From Octopus sinensis (lineage: Eukaryota): a stretch of 64,000 bases of DNA. The position numbers and the translations under genes were made by a program. Positions 48,918-63,300 of the stretch are shown here, piece by piece. Location of the stretch: assembly GCF_006345805.1 (NCBI RefSeq), contig NW_021826031.1, positions 604,566-668,565 of the forward strand. Direction: 5' to 3'. The number at the start of each line of letters is the position of its first letter. Position 1 is the first letter of the stretch. The notes under the pieces are model-generated. The model had not been told where the DNA came from and ran no database searches. It saw nothing but the letters and a program-made list of their open reading frames with translations.

Positions 48918-49713
48918 CATATTTGCAGGATAGAAACTTTTTTAATGGTCAACGGAAACAGTGTAACCACTGTAAGAGTAAGGAAATGACCGTTGACCAT
49001 TTAGCCACGAAGTGCGGGAGTATGCTTTACCATGATTACACATGGAGGCATAACGAGGTGGTGAGGTCCCTCCATCTTTTGCTCTGCAATAAGTACGGCT
49101 TGAGGCGGTCCAGAAAGTTGCGAACCCATCGAGTTCAATCGGTGTGTGAGAACTCGCGGGTGTGCATTAAGGTGGATACCCATACGCACCTCGATTGTTG
49201 TCCAGCACAACAGACCCGACATTGTGGTCCACGATAAGGTCACCGGGGAGATTGTTATCGTGGAGGTGGGCATCACGTGCCTAGACCGTTTGCAGATAGT
49301 GGAAGTGGAGAAAAGGAGGAAGTATGACCTCCTTGCAAACGAGCTAGGACTGATGCACCAGTGCAAAGTCCATGTCATCCCGTGTGTGATGACATGGGAT
49401 GGACTGGTCACCAAATACCACAAGCGGTACTTAAGACAGTTGGATGTAGATAAGTTTCTACAGGCTTATATACAGTCAACTGTTCTTAAGAGGACTCTGG
49501 AGAGTGTCTCGTTTGATGCTCGCCGATCCAGCCCTTTCCTGACGTTTAGTCAGCAAGAGGCGCTGGACTGCACCTTCTCGAAGGTCTACAGTGCCAGAGA
49601 AGAGGAGGAAGAAGGGGAGGAGGTGCGTGGAGTGCCGCCTTCTGCTCACTTCGAAGGCTCTGGACTTAGTTAGTAAAATTACTTAGTTAATTAGTTTCTT
49701 TCTTAATAAATAG
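48918..49713 (+). mobile_element. 5'-truncated R4-like family 1 insertion specific to copy 2
   Basis: TSD tatcatttat (48908-17, 49714-23). Near-identical to 10171-13300 without its nested elements. Empty site at ~21154. Confidence 0.93.
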
Positions 49714-49981
49714 TATCATTTATTGCTGTCAAAATTCTTTCAAATTCACCTCTTTTCAATTTCTTATAGTGAAAAGAACAAATAATATCCGTTGCATTCT
49801 TCTTCTCATCACTTACTGTAGAAGTAAAAAACTTTGTACATAAAATTATTATTTATAAAATAAAATTCCGATGACAAATAAAACGATATTACAAAATTAA
49901 AAATAGAATAAGATTAGGAATTATTATTTTACAAATCGATCAATAATAAAAATAAAATTATTGACAAGTAACCAAGCGTTA

Positions 49982-50652
49982 ATGTCGGATAGCTCTGACT
50001 TGCTAAAATTATATACATGGATCGACACAATTCCCCTCAGTAGAACCAAAAAAAATATAAACCGAGACTTTTCTGACGGGGGTTAATAGTGTTCATAAGT
50101 CAGCAGAAAACAGTTCTCATGGCAGAAGTGATCAAATACTACTTCCCACATTTGGTGGATCTACACAACTACGTCCCTGCCAACGGAACTCGCCAAAAGA
50201 CAGAAAACTGGAATCTAATTAACAGGCATGTCCAGATGGTCATTGTTTAGCAAAATATTCCACAAGCTTGGATTCGAACTTACGAACAAGGAAATCTCAG
50301 ACATTGTCAGCAGCAAACCACTGATCATCGAGAAGGTCCTGTTTTATATTCTCGACAACTTGACCTCCTGGACTGACAGGAAACCCAAAGTCCCCGGTCC
50401 TCTGAATTATTATATTGAAGGCCCTAAGGAATACGACAAAAAGGTAAATTTGAACGAAAAAGTAAACAATTGGCTGAAATTTCGCAAAAGAACGAGATCA
50501 TTCAAGTTGGTTTTTTATAATTAATTTAAAAGATTTTGGAGGACAAAATCCATAGGTTGGAGAGCTTAAATACGCTCAAGGACATCAGAATTGACGAACT
50601 AACCCTGAAGGTTAAGAATCTTGAACAGCTAGTTCTCTCTAAAAAGAACTAA
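49982..50652 (+). CDS. SPEF1: SPEF1-like, copy 2 (1-bp deletion at ~50470)
   Basis: Same structure as 21536-22207, but caattggct replaces caatttggct and shifts the frame if that base is exonic. Confidence 0.8.
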
Positions 50653-50879
50653 AATAGTCTAAATAATAAATTGATGACTTAAAATATTTGTTTTTTTGAT
50701 ATCAATAACCTTTAGGTGACTACAAATTTTAGAAACTTGACTTAATGAAAGTTTTAATAATTAATTAAATGTGAAATCGTTAATTTTAGTCAATGTACAA
50801 GAGCTCTTAAGGCATTACTTAAAGTTTTGGAATCGACTTGAGCAATATTTTATCATTATCATAACAGAATTAAATTTTT

Positions 50880-51298
50880 ATTTATTTATTTATTTATTGA
50901 CCAAAAGACCAGGGTAAGCCAGTTAATTATAATCCCCGTGATCCCCGATTCAAGCGAGGGAGATCCTTCTAAAAGGTTCGATCCTGCCCACATGATCGGA
51001 CTGAGACGACGATGTCTTAGGGTCAGAGTTCTAGAAGTCCTTTTTTCGGTAGGCATTAAGTGCCTCCTGAGGGTTTCCATATCCGACTGGAAATTCCAAC
51101 TGACATGGTGGACCCTATAACGCCACGCTAAGACCGGAAGGAAGGTAAGAGATCCCCATTTTTCAACTGTGTCGTGCCAGAAGTACTCATTGCCTCGCGG
51201 GCAAAGGAACGATAACGAGAATTGACTCTAGGATGAAACTAGCCTCCTTCGGATTGGAACCAACGACTGTCCAGATCCATTATCCATAGCTAAACTAC
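50880..51298 (-). mobile_element. Probable LINE 3' fragment, copy 2
   Basis: Duplicate of 22952-23370 with a slightly different TTTA tract. Confidence 0.45.
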
Positions 51299-51410
51299 AG
51301 AATTTAATGATATATAATATATTTGAAAATATTTTTATTGCAATTTTGTTGATATTTATTTTTTTTATAAAATATATATAAAACAATTTGGTTTATAAAT
51401 ATATTATTTT

Positions 51411-52496
51411 ATGTGCGACATTGATAAGTGGATTGAGATCTGTAAAAACTGCAAATATTTGCCAGAATCATATCTCATGGTAGATTTAAATGCGAAAAAA
51501 TACAAAGAATCTTTGTAATTACGTAAAGGAAATATTAATTGAAGAAGCAAATGTCCAAAGAGTAGACCTTCCTGTGACAATCTGCGGGGACATCCACGGC
51601 CAGTTTTACGATTTGTTACGACTCTTTGAGATTGGAGGAGACCCAACGAACACTAGTTATATTTTTATGGTATGTCCCCCCTCATAACCGCAGGGGGACT
51701 ACGTGGACAGAGGGCACTACAGTCTGGAGACACTGACCTATCTGCTTCTCCTGAAGGCTCGTTCGCCAGGAAACATAATTCTTCTTCGAGGCAACCATGA
51801 AAGTCGAGGAATCACGAAGGTCTACGGATTTTACGGTGGAGGTATCGCAACATTGCTAGACGAATGCCTCAACAAGTACGGGAATTCGTGTGCCTGGCGA
51901 CACTGCTGTGAGATCTTTGATTATTTCACAATTACTGCGGTGAAATATCTATTTTGAGTTTTAGATTATCGACGGGAGGTATTTATGTGTACACGGAGGA
52001 CTGTCACCGACTGTGAACACGCTTGATCAGATCAGACTCATCCACCGTAACCAGGAAGTGCCCAACCAAGGAGCATTTTCAGGTGATTAGTGTATATTGG
52101 AGAGTAGACTTATTATGGTCTGACCCTGAAGAGATTGAGACATGGAGTATCAGTCCTCGAGGAGCAGGCTGGTTGTTCGGATCAGCAGTCACTTTTAACG
52201 TAGGCTGAGAGTGCTTATTGTAGTTTTGTCACGTCAATCAAATTGAGTTGATATGTCGTGCTCATCAGTTGGTGAATGAAGGTGTGTTGTGTTATATTAT
52301 TCTAGGGATTAAGTACATGTTTGACAATAAGGTGTTGACCGTGTGGTCTGCCCCCAATTACTGCTACCGTTGTGGTAACCAGGCTGCCATCGTTCGCTTT
52401 AATGAGGATTATTCTCGTGATATTAAAGTGTTTGATGCTGTCCCGGACGAGGACAGAGTAGTGCCACAAGGAATTGTTACTCCTTATTTTATATAA
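51411..52496 (+). CDS. PPP6C: PP6 catalytic subunit, copy 2
   Basis: Same exons and introns at offset 27927. Differences seen: K13N (aag>aac) and a synonymous atc>att. Confidence 0.93.
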
Positions 52497-53531
52497 CATG
52501 GACTATTTAAAAATGATATTTTTTAATAATATTTGATTAACTGGAATATTTATTGTATATAGTCTTGTAAAAAACAATGCTTATTTGATACCGTACATAC
52601 GATATGAATATATTAAGATTTGCTAGTAAAAATTTAATTGATAATTTATCGACACACGGAATTTAGAATGCTCTATCGAGCGTTAAATTTAATTCGAAAA
52701 AACACAAAACGATTCCTATAAAACTGATTTTTGAAATATCCTGTAAAGTCCAGAATAAAAGAGATGAATAAAAAAACGGTCTTTTTGATTACGTTTTGTT
52801 TATTTTTATAATCACAAATAAACCCGTAAATATCGCTCTTTTTCGTTAGAGATCACATCCTTCGATCCCAGTTTAACGATTTCCGGTTCAATTGATTTAA
52901 GTGACTTGTCTATCGCAATGTTGAGTTCCTTTTTAAGGGGGACTTCCATTATAGGTCGTCTGCCCCTCGTTAGTTTTTTTTCCGAATTAATTTTGAGACT
53001 TCTGGTGCTTCCAGATTTATAGTCTCAGTCTGAGTATAGTTGTCATTATATTTTGCGTCTATAGGTTCATCCGTTTGGGTTCCAAAAGATACACTGCTTT
53101 TAAGGACTTGTGTTAGCAGACGATTCTTCCAAACAGGAGTTTCAGTTTGCTGTTTCTTCCAAGCTGAGGTCACACTTTGTAAGTTTTTTCCAGCCTTCAT
53201 GAAACACTCCATTTTAAAATCCGGTGAGATTATCGTCGAGAGATACTTCTCCAGTTCTTTATTACTTGCCCAGTATGGGATATTCTTTAAGAAGATCTCC
53301 AAAGGACGTAACTCAAATTGTCATATTTGATGACAATCCGAGTCAAAAGGTTTCAGCTGATGAAGATCCATTTGGAAGTTATTATCCTCTGCATGAGATC
53401 TATAATCGAGTAAATATGAGCCATTTATTTTGTGTGAAATTCTTGACTTTAAGACAGTTGGAATTGAGCATATTATGTCGTAAGATAAGATAGATATTAT
53501 GTTGTATTTCTGTATTTAAATAATTCAAACA

Positions 53532-56500
53532 ATCATTCTCGCCTACGCTGACGACCTACTCATTGGATCACGTGACCAAGACCTCTCGAAAGCTTTCAAA
53601 AGAACACAAGATCTCTTATTACAAATTCGAACTTGGCTATATCAAAACAGGATGAACATCTCCCCCGAAAAATCGTCCACTACCCTATTTATGTCGGACA
53701 AGAGACTTGGAGGCCTTACTGTTGTTCTTTTTCTGGACAACGAAAAGATCCCATTCACGAAGAACCCTAAAATTCTGGGGGTCACTTTTGACACCCATAT
53801 GTGTTTTACTGCCCATTTAGAGAGGGCCATCGGATCCAGTCAGAGAAAGATTGGACTAATCAAATCGATTTTTGGTGGACTAAAGACACCGTTCCCGGCT
53901 CTCGGCACTATCTACAAACAATTCATCGAACCAACAATTGGCTACGCCTGCGCCGCTTGGGGTTCTAATCTCTCATGGTCTAACCGCCTTAAAATTGAGA
54001 CTACACTATGCCGAGCCGCGGCTAGCATAACGAAAATTTCCAAACTGAACAACATTACCCCAACTCCGCTTGACCAACTTATTAAGAAAGATGGAAAGGG
54101 TTTCTTAGCCATCCAACAAGACCACCTGGGTTAAAATAATAATAACTGTTGGTGATTCTTGGGTTAAAATAATAATAATAATAAACAATAACTCGGGAGG
54201 TGGACTGGCTTTTCCAGCAGTTTTCGATCGCCGTTATCCGGGGGAAAAGTTTGGCGACCCGTCAGACCGCTGGCCCTCGGGGCGATTAATCTTTTAACAC
54301 TTTTTACAACGCCAAGCACATAGAGCTTGATTTCAGGGTAACCAATGCGCATGGTTTGGCTCTGAAGACGCTGGTTGAAGACCTCGGGCTGGAAATCCGG
54401 ACTTCAAGTGAGCAAAACCATATCGATTCGCGAGGCGGACGAGACTGGCTAGGGCTTGCTCTGGTCAGTCCTGGAATGCTAAATTGGGTTAGTAAAACAA
54501 TCTTATTGCCCGATATTGGAAGCGACCATCTGCCTCTATTGCACGAACTCCGCGAGCCAGTCCCTCAAAGGGTTCCGGGATACTTCGACCTCCGGTCGAG
54601 TTCTTGGGCCAACCTGGAGAGGTTCATGGCCAGCAGGTTGCCCTCACTTCTGGTGGGGAATACCTGTGCCAATATACGTGAGTTGGAGGCGTTAGATAAT
54701 GGAATCAATGCTGCCCTGACTGATTATATGCGAGATAATTTCAAACAGAACTCAGTGCAAAGTAAGTCACATTCCACGCTCCCATACCGGGTCTTAAATA
54801 AAATTAAGTTTAAGCGGGACAAATGCGTTTACAAGGAAAACCGTGTTTGGTTTCGTGGCTGGATTAGCCGGCTTCAGAGGGAGATCCGAAGAGAAATCCG
54901 TGAACTCGAAAGTTCACGGTGGGAGCGAGCCTGCAGACGCGTAGACGCCCGCTTCCCGGAATTCTGGAAACAGTTGAAGAGCTTGTCGGGGAGAGTGGTA
55001 GCAAATTCAGTGCGCCTTAAACGCTCTGATGGAACCCTCGTTTCGGACCCGGCTGAGGTGGCTGAAATATTTTCGACCCACCTCGATGAAATCTCTGGAA
55101 CTGACGGAAGCCAGTTCGTGGAGACATCGTCCTTTGATACTGTCCAGCAGATATTGTCGTGGGACAAGCGCTGCCAGCTGGGCATATCAAGGAACGATGC
55201 AGGCGATATTTCCGAAGCGGAGATTCTGGCAGCGATCTCCCGAAGTAAGAACACTGCGGCGGGTCTGGACCGGATCCCTATGGCTATCTTTAAGAAGGCC
55301 CCTCCGTTGTTGATCACCGCCTTACAGGTCTTGTTTAGCGGGAGCTTGCGACTTGGGATGATCCCCTCTAGATGGAAAGTGGCTGAGGTAATCCTTATCG
55401 GAAAACCCAGGATGCCTCATGATGTCCCTGGGAGATACAGACCTATTTCCTTGCTTCCCGCTGTATCTAAAATTTTAGACATATTAAAAAACCTTGGTGT
55501 CGAAGGAGTCAGGTTCCTAACATCTATTTTCAACTATTCAATCAGCAACAATGTGATTTCGTCAATATGGAAACGAAGCCTGGAAGACCAAGAGGGGACC
55601 CGTCATCTTTCAGGCCGATTTCCCTGTTATGTTCGATGTCAAAAATCCTGGAAAGACTGGTTCTTGGCAGAATAGAAGATTTCTTACCCGAAAGACATTT
55701 TCAACATGGGTTTAAGGAGGCGAAGTCCACGTCTTCGTACCTTCAATCCTTGTCAAACTTCATCTGTACCGGTTTTGCCAGCAAACCGAGGCACCAAAAG
55801 ACCGTGCTCTGCTCCGTCGACATCCATAAAGCCTTCGACTCCGTCTTGAGAAAGCTCCTCTCAAGGAAGATATTCCAATCCGATTTTCCTCTGAAGCTAA
55901 AAATATGGATTACCAACTTTCTAAGTGGACGAAGGGGAAGGGTGTGCCTCGGTGGTCTGAAGTCCAAATCTCGTCTTCTACCCAACGGATCCCCCTTATC
56001 CCCGGAAACCTATTTTTGGAAGACCTCCCTCCCTCGACAACAATGACATTGTTCTCTCATACGCGGACGACATCGTACTAGCCTCACGGGACCGGGACAT
56101 CCAGAAGGCCTCTGAAAGGCTTCAAGCTAACTTGGATCGGCTGAACCTATGGCTGACGGACAAGCGGCTCGTGGTAAACGCGGCAAAGTCCGCCACGTCC
56201 CTCTTCACTTCGGACAAAAGATTGGGAAGGACTTCAGTCGACTTAAAGCTGAATAATATGTCCGTACGCTTCTACAGGAGTCAGACGGTCCTAGGGATAA
56301 CCCTAGACATGCACCTCTGTTTCTCCCCACATGCAGACAACCTCCTTCGCAATTGCGAAAAAAAAAGTTGAACATCCTACGAACTCTATCCGGAATATGG
56401 AAAAACGGGTCGCACCCGGTACTGGCGAATATCTACCGCCAGTACTTCGAACCTTGTATTGCCTACGCCTGCAGATCATGGGGTCCGCGGTTATCGTGGT

Positions 56501-56788
56501 CCAACAGGAGGCGAATCGAGGAGGCCCAACAAAGGGCCCTCAGATTAACCGATCGTTGGTCGCATGATAGCCAACGCCCCGGTCCAGCTTCTCTAGAAGA
56601 CCTCATCAAGATGAACCTGGGCCCGTCAGCGAATGCTCCGCCAAAAACGGTCTGCCGCCCGGTGCGATTTTGTGTGGGCTCGTGGAAAGATCACCGAGCG
56701 AAGATGAGGTCCCTGGTTGAGTGCATCGAGATCACGTGACGTTTGTTCGGTTTTTAGCGTGATCTTGGTGATTTAATAAATAAATAAA
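53532..56788 (+). mobile_element. LINE fragments, copy 2 of 25605-28861
   Basis: Same ORFs with about three substitutions near 54330-54600. Confidence 0.88.
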
Positions 56789-57308
56789 ACTCTATGATTG
56801 GGTGACTACGAAATAACTAGAAACGAGTTTTTATTCAAAGGAGGAAGAAGAACTTGCTTTTATATCAAGTGACAGAACATTAAAAATGAAATATGTAAAG
56901 CGTAATATTGATTCGTCCTGGCTGATTATAAAAAAGAATATCCTATTATAACAAACCACGCTTTAAGAGTTTTAGTTCACTTTCTAACGACTTATCTCTA
57001 TGAAAGTGGAAATATAGAGCATAAGAATGCGCTAACTTACTATACGTAGAACGAGACGTGCGTTTATCCTTTTAAAAGCTAAGGCCGAATATTACAGACC
57101 TATGCAAGAGACATCAGCCTTAACCATCTCACTAATTTTTGTATTAATAAAACACTGATAATTATTAAAAACTATATATGGGTTCAGTAAGCCAAATAGG
57201 GTGCCACGTTCTCTAAAAGGTTGGGAACTACTGATATAGAAGAAAGAGTTTCTGATTTAGAAGTCTTTATTAATAAAAATATCCAATATCCGAATATTAT
57301 TAGTAAAT

Positions 57309-60300
57309 CTAATATTTCTTATTTGCGGATCGACTAATACGTAGACTACATATGCTACTTTATTGTTTTTAGTCGGTTTATTTCCTTGGATAGGTTTTGA
57401 TTTTCCTCCTCAAGTTCGTCTTTTTCCGACTGAATCTTCCTTAGCTTATTCTTAAAACTATCCACAGTATCTTCGAGTTCTTCGCAGTTTTTTTTAAGGG
57501 TTTTGTTCCGTGATATGAATGTGTCATTCTAGACTTTATCTGTGCCAGAAAACCTCGGACTTTGACCTGTTCAGATCTTCTTGCATTGTGTCTGCCAAAA
57601 TAACGGACTCCTTTAACTTCTTGTTCGTTAATTTAAGTTTTTTCTCCGCTTCCCGTCGTTGCCTTGGAATAAGGAAGCTATTCAGTTTACCTTATTTCCT
57701 GTTCAAGTTCAGTCTCCATTGATGCCATTTTTCGCATTTTAGACTCCAAAGAATCTTTGTAACCCTTGACTTTTGTCAGTTCTTCTTGAATGGACATGAG
57801 TTGTTCAGTCAATTCTTTATTTTTCTTTTCGTTATCCGAATTTTGTGTCTTGTATTTTTCACAATTTGCTTTCTCCGCGGAGATTTGGTTACTGTACTGG
57901 TCTTTCTAGAAACAGTAATTGGGAAGTGGATATACAAGAATATTTGATTTACGCAATTCGTCTTCTAATTCTTCGTGATTAACTTTTTCTTCGTCCAATT
58001 CTTCTGCTAGGTTGTGATTGATTCTTTTCAGTTGAGAGATCTCAGATTGGGTTTGGGATAATTTTCCTTGTAGGGTTTCAAGTTCTTGATTTATTTCGTC
58101 TTTTTCAGAGGACATGTTTTTCTCACTTTGCTCCAAATTAGTGACCCGCGAGGTCATTTCTGCAACTGATTGTAACGCAGAGTTCAGTTTTGATTGAAGT
58201 TGACTGCATGATTCATTCAAAGAACTTTCGTTACTCTTGGCATTTTCCAAATCTTTTTGCATTTCTTTGCACAAATTCTAATCGTTAAATTCAAAAAGAG
58301 AACATTCTGCTTTTTGTTTTGTTTGGTCAAATTTTCAACAGTTGATTTTAATTCGTCCATTCTGCTTACAAATTCTTGCGATTCAATCTCCAATTTCTTT
58401 TTAGAGGCTAAAGCGGAAGCTTTGGCTCGACTCTCAGACTGGAGCTCCTGCTGCGTTTCTTCCATCTGTGAAACACATTATCTATATGAACACCTTCTTG
58501 TTGATAGATCGTAGTTTATTTTCCATTTCCTCGGACATTTCGTTAATTTTTCTAGAATAGTCGGTTCTTTCTGCCTGAAATGCCACCTCCTTCCGATTCA
58601 GTTCATTTTGAGTAGTAAATAATTCGTCCTGAAGTTCTTCATGATGAGAAGATATTTCCTCGTTTTTCTTCTTCAAGTCCCGTAGTTGTGCTTTCATGTT
58701 CACGTTCTAAACATAAATAGTCAAGGAAGACATCTGCCGCCTCCCCCGAGACAGTCGATTTCACATCCGCTAATTCCTTTGAAGTAGCGATCTGCCTTTT
58801 TGTCATCTCTTCAAGTTCGTTGTTCTTTTCGTCGCATGCTCGCGTCAACGAGAGACATTTGCTTTCAAGGTTTCTTAAATTTTGTTCAAATGTATCCCGC
58901 TCTTTTGTGAGGCTTGAAAATTGTACAATTTGAAACAAACTTTGTGTTTAGTGTCTTCACTTCGGACATGGCGGAGTCATATTTTTTTTGTTTTTTTGTA
59001 AGATTCGACATTTCGAGTTCAAGGGCTTCAATTTGGGAATTTGAGTCCGCCAACTTTCAAACTAATCACAAAAATAAACCTCATTTTGATACACCGTGCT
59101 TGCTTTTTCGATTTTGTGCTTGGCAGCCGAAATAATATCAAGTTCAGTCCTAACTGATTCTATTTCTTTTTGAAGTTTTTTTGTAATTTCTTCTATCCGC
59201 TCTTTTTCTTCGGTCAAAACAGAAACGTTACTGACGGCATCGTTGTACTGAAATGTGTTTGGAGGAATACTTTCGATTGAAGTGACATTATCTGTTTCCC
59301 TTTGGCCTCAGAATTCAATGCCTCTTCTTCGATGTGTTCGTTCAGTTCGTCGATAATGGCCTCCATTTTGTTCACTTGACTGTTTGCTTTGGACAGTGAA
59401 TTCTTCTCGTCCTCGAGTTTGGACTTGATTTCTTCCAATTGGGAAGATGACTGTTTTAATTGTCGTTCAAGTTCGGTGTTTTCTTTTCTGCGTCGTCTAA
59501 CGCTTCGCTTATCCTTGATATTTCGGACTAAAAATAGTTCCCACTCATAATACCGCGTCCTTGGATTTCTGTTTAGACATGTCCGACTTGATTTTTTCTA
59601 GATCGGTTGCTTTTTGACCCAGTTCCATGATTTGCTGTTCAAGTTGTTTCCGTTTTTTATCAGCGTCTTGCTTGTTTTTGTTTAAACTGTCAACTTCTGC
59701 GGCCAATTCTTCTTTTTCAGTTTCAGTCACTTTAAGTTTTTTCATAAAATTGTTTTCACTCTAAACATAGTAGAATTTCTCGACCTTCTGAACTGATTCA
59801 ACTTGATCGGTAAGACGACTGATTTCATCCACGGCCTTTTTCTTAGCGATTCGCATGGCATCTTCATTTTCCGCACTGAGCTCTTCCATTTGTTTTTGGA
59901 GTAAATTTATTTTGGTATCTTTTTCTTTCATCAAGTTCCTCTCGGCTTGACTCAAATCCGCAGCCTCCTCTTCTTGAAGTCTCATTCCTTCCAATTCCTT
60001 GAAATCATTTATATTTCAAACGTTCATGAGAAAGTGTTTGGACTTTTCAAGGTTTTTTCGGGTTTCTATTTCCCCTTCAAGCTCCTCCTTTAACTCCTCC
60101 AGAGTAAATTTCAACTCACGGTTTTCCTTCATTGACTTTTCCTTTAGCATACTTTCTTCGTCCGCCCTATTAAATCATAAAAAACTATAGACTTTGCTGT
60201 TAAAAAGCTCAGTTGCTCATTGTTGGCCAAAATTTTCTGGTTCATGTATTGAATTGTCGTTTTTTGTTCCTCGACTTGTTCTTTCAACTCTCTCACGTCT

Positions 60301-63300
60301 GAGGCACCCTTCCGTTCGGCTTTTTGAGAATTCACTTTGTCCTGTGGAATATTAAAAGACTTTACAGTTATTTCACTCTGCAGCTGTGCTTGCAATTCGG
60401 AGACACTCGCTTCCAGTTTTTTGTTTATTTTTTGCATGTTTTTCTTTTGATCTTCTTCAGCGTGTAACAGTTCCTCCATTTTGATCAAATTAGATTCGGC
60501 AGTCTTATTTTCTTTTTTAAGCTTAGCATAATCTAATATTATGCACATTTTCAATCAAATGAGTTTTATTGGACAAATCGTCCGTTCGCTCCTGCAGTTT
60601 TTGTTCCAAATTGCCTTTTTCGTGCATTACCCGTCCATACTTATCTTCCTGCTCCCTCAACCTATCAATTACAGCATCCTATTCAATTACGTTTTCTCTG
60701 TTTCTGCGACTATTTCCTCCAATTCCTGCCTTTCTTTTATCACTTTTTTGGAATTTTGTTCAATTTCTTGCATTTCTTCGTTCATTTCTTCAATCAAACT
60801 GTTATATTCATTTTTCTTTTTGCTCAGATCGGCAAGTTCCTACTTTCAAGAGAAATCCTCACCTGCTCAAGTTCTTCATTTCTGTTAACTTCTTCTACAA
60901 GATTTGTAGACGCCTTTGAATTTTCTTGCTCTAATTTCGAAATTTGATCTATCAAGTTTTGTATTTGCGCGGTCAATTTTTTGACTTGTTCTTTGAGAGA
61001 GTTCATTTCATTCTCGACAGCTTTCTTCTCGTCGTCTTCTCTCTTGAAGTCGACGAGTGGGAGTAGCTATCGATATTATTCTCGAAGTAAACTTTAGTAT
61101 ACATCTTAAACCATCCCCACTCCCTTAGTCGATTATACCCTCGAAAGTTCTTTTGGATGACAACAACGCTGGAAAGTATATTCTGCAGTTTTAGGTAATG
61201 TCTATAATTATCTTAAGTCAAATTTGCACTTTTTGGCCAAAAACATTCGACATTTTGTGCACATGTCGATCATGATTGCATTGAGCTTAATATCTCTCTC
61301 TTCCTCCAAATTGGCCAATACTCCAGCTCGAAAAAATATTTTAGTTGTCCCAAGTCGGTAGAGGGTTGAGTCTAACTCAAGTTCCGCCAACTACCACAAT
61401 TTCCTTAATTAAAGTACCATGTTCTCAGTGGCCTTTCGACTATCCATAAAATTATCCATTTCTTTTTTAAAGACTAGAATTGAATATCGTTGAAAAAAAT
61501 CCTGGTAAATAATTCTGTTCGGGAATCCCTGACGACAAATTCGAATTCCCTCGAGCACTCCGTTGCAACGAAGTTGATCCAAAATAAGAGAATGGTCAAT
61601 CATCGCAGGCTGAAATAAAAACGATAAATTTACCTTTTTCTGTAAGTTGGGTATTATACAGCGGACAAAATGGACTTTGGTATTGGTGAGAGTTTCAATC
61701 AACTTTGTCAATTGTCCTCTGTAAAGTTGAGAGACCGTCCGCAACATTCCACGTTTTTTACGCGAACTTTCTTCAGTGCCTATCGCAGAACGGCCTAAAT
61801 GAAAAATAAAAATGCTCAGAAAACCTTCTTTCCATATCTCCGAGACAAGAGGGTTCGAAGAGGATTCAAGTATAGTCACAATGTTGTCGTTAAGTGGATC
61901 CGTGTTCTTAATTAGCCAATCTACGCAGAAATAGTCCACCTATAGTAGTTAATAAAGCTTAAACTCTGCCGGCATAGTGTTGGATACCAAAATCAGCAAA
62001 TTTTTTTAGTTTTTCAGGAACAATGAATTTGTTCTTCTCTTTATTTTGCGAAATAAGTTTTTCAACGAATGATTTGTGTGTAGCTTTTGGAAACAAACAT
62101 TCCTCGTCAAGCACCGATAAGATACCAAGAGGCTTAAAAATGCAAAAAAATCAAGACTTTCTCGATAAGTTCAATGGTGGGTTGCAGATCAAGTCCAAAG
62201 TCGATAAAATCCCAGCTAATATTTTCCTTTTTGTATTCCTCTTGTTCCATAATAAACATTGTATGATTGAACAACTGCTGTAATTTCTCATTGGTGAAAT
62301 TTATGCACAACTGTTCGAATCCGTTGACCTAAAGGAAATGACTCCAAAAATGAACCGCAAAGACTTCGAATCCTGCAATATCCAAAATTCCAATGAAGTT
62401 TTCGTGAACCAATTTATTTTTGTTAAGCTGTTTATTGATCTTCACTACAATGTAATTAAACAGTTTCTCATAGGTTGCTTTCACAATTGACTCCACTGAA
62501 AAGACTGCCTGAGAACAATTTCGGAATTTACAATACCTGGTCCTTTGTCTGTGCCTTTTGTACAGTTTCAATCCCGACTTTGAACTTTGGCTTCAAAATA
62601 GCTTGAGTAAAAGCTCCAATTTGAATTCCTAATAAATGGCACATTTTTTGAGCATCTGTGAATGTAAATATAATTTGGAACATGAATTGTCCGGTAACGT
62701 CGCTTGGTCGCCGTTCCGTTCTTTTCCAAACTCTATTTTTCCAAAGGTCAAAATCCCAAAAAGAATTTTGTAAATATCTGCAATGTTAACAAAACTACCA
62801 ACTATTCGTGACGTCTGACGAGATTCCAAGAACATTAAAAGCTTCTTGAGTTTCTTGAAAAAGTTTGGAGTCATCAATTCCTGGGACCTGGATATTTTTG
62901 TACGTCAAATATGGATAATTGCTCAGATCCTCGCACATAAATTCAGCTGAAACATGTTTCATGATTAATAAAACTCTTTAATTCTTGAGAAAAACCATTT
63001 GAGAGAATTTGATAGAAAATATGAAAACACCGTTCGTTCTCTGATTGCCTAACGACTCTACTTTTCTCCAACAAGTCTAAAATTTTCAAAATTCAAATTA
63101 CATGTGTCAATGTTAACAGACGATATTAGCCCAGAAGAATTAAAGTTTATTTTAATGAATTTTCCCTTTAATAATTAGAAAAAAGTACAAATCTTGAAGA
63201 ATTGTCATTTTTTATAGTTTTTGCGTTCCCAAAGGCCTCTAAGATTGGATTTGTTTGCAAAAGCCGCTCGTTCAAGTCTTCCTATTTGAGGATCAAAATA

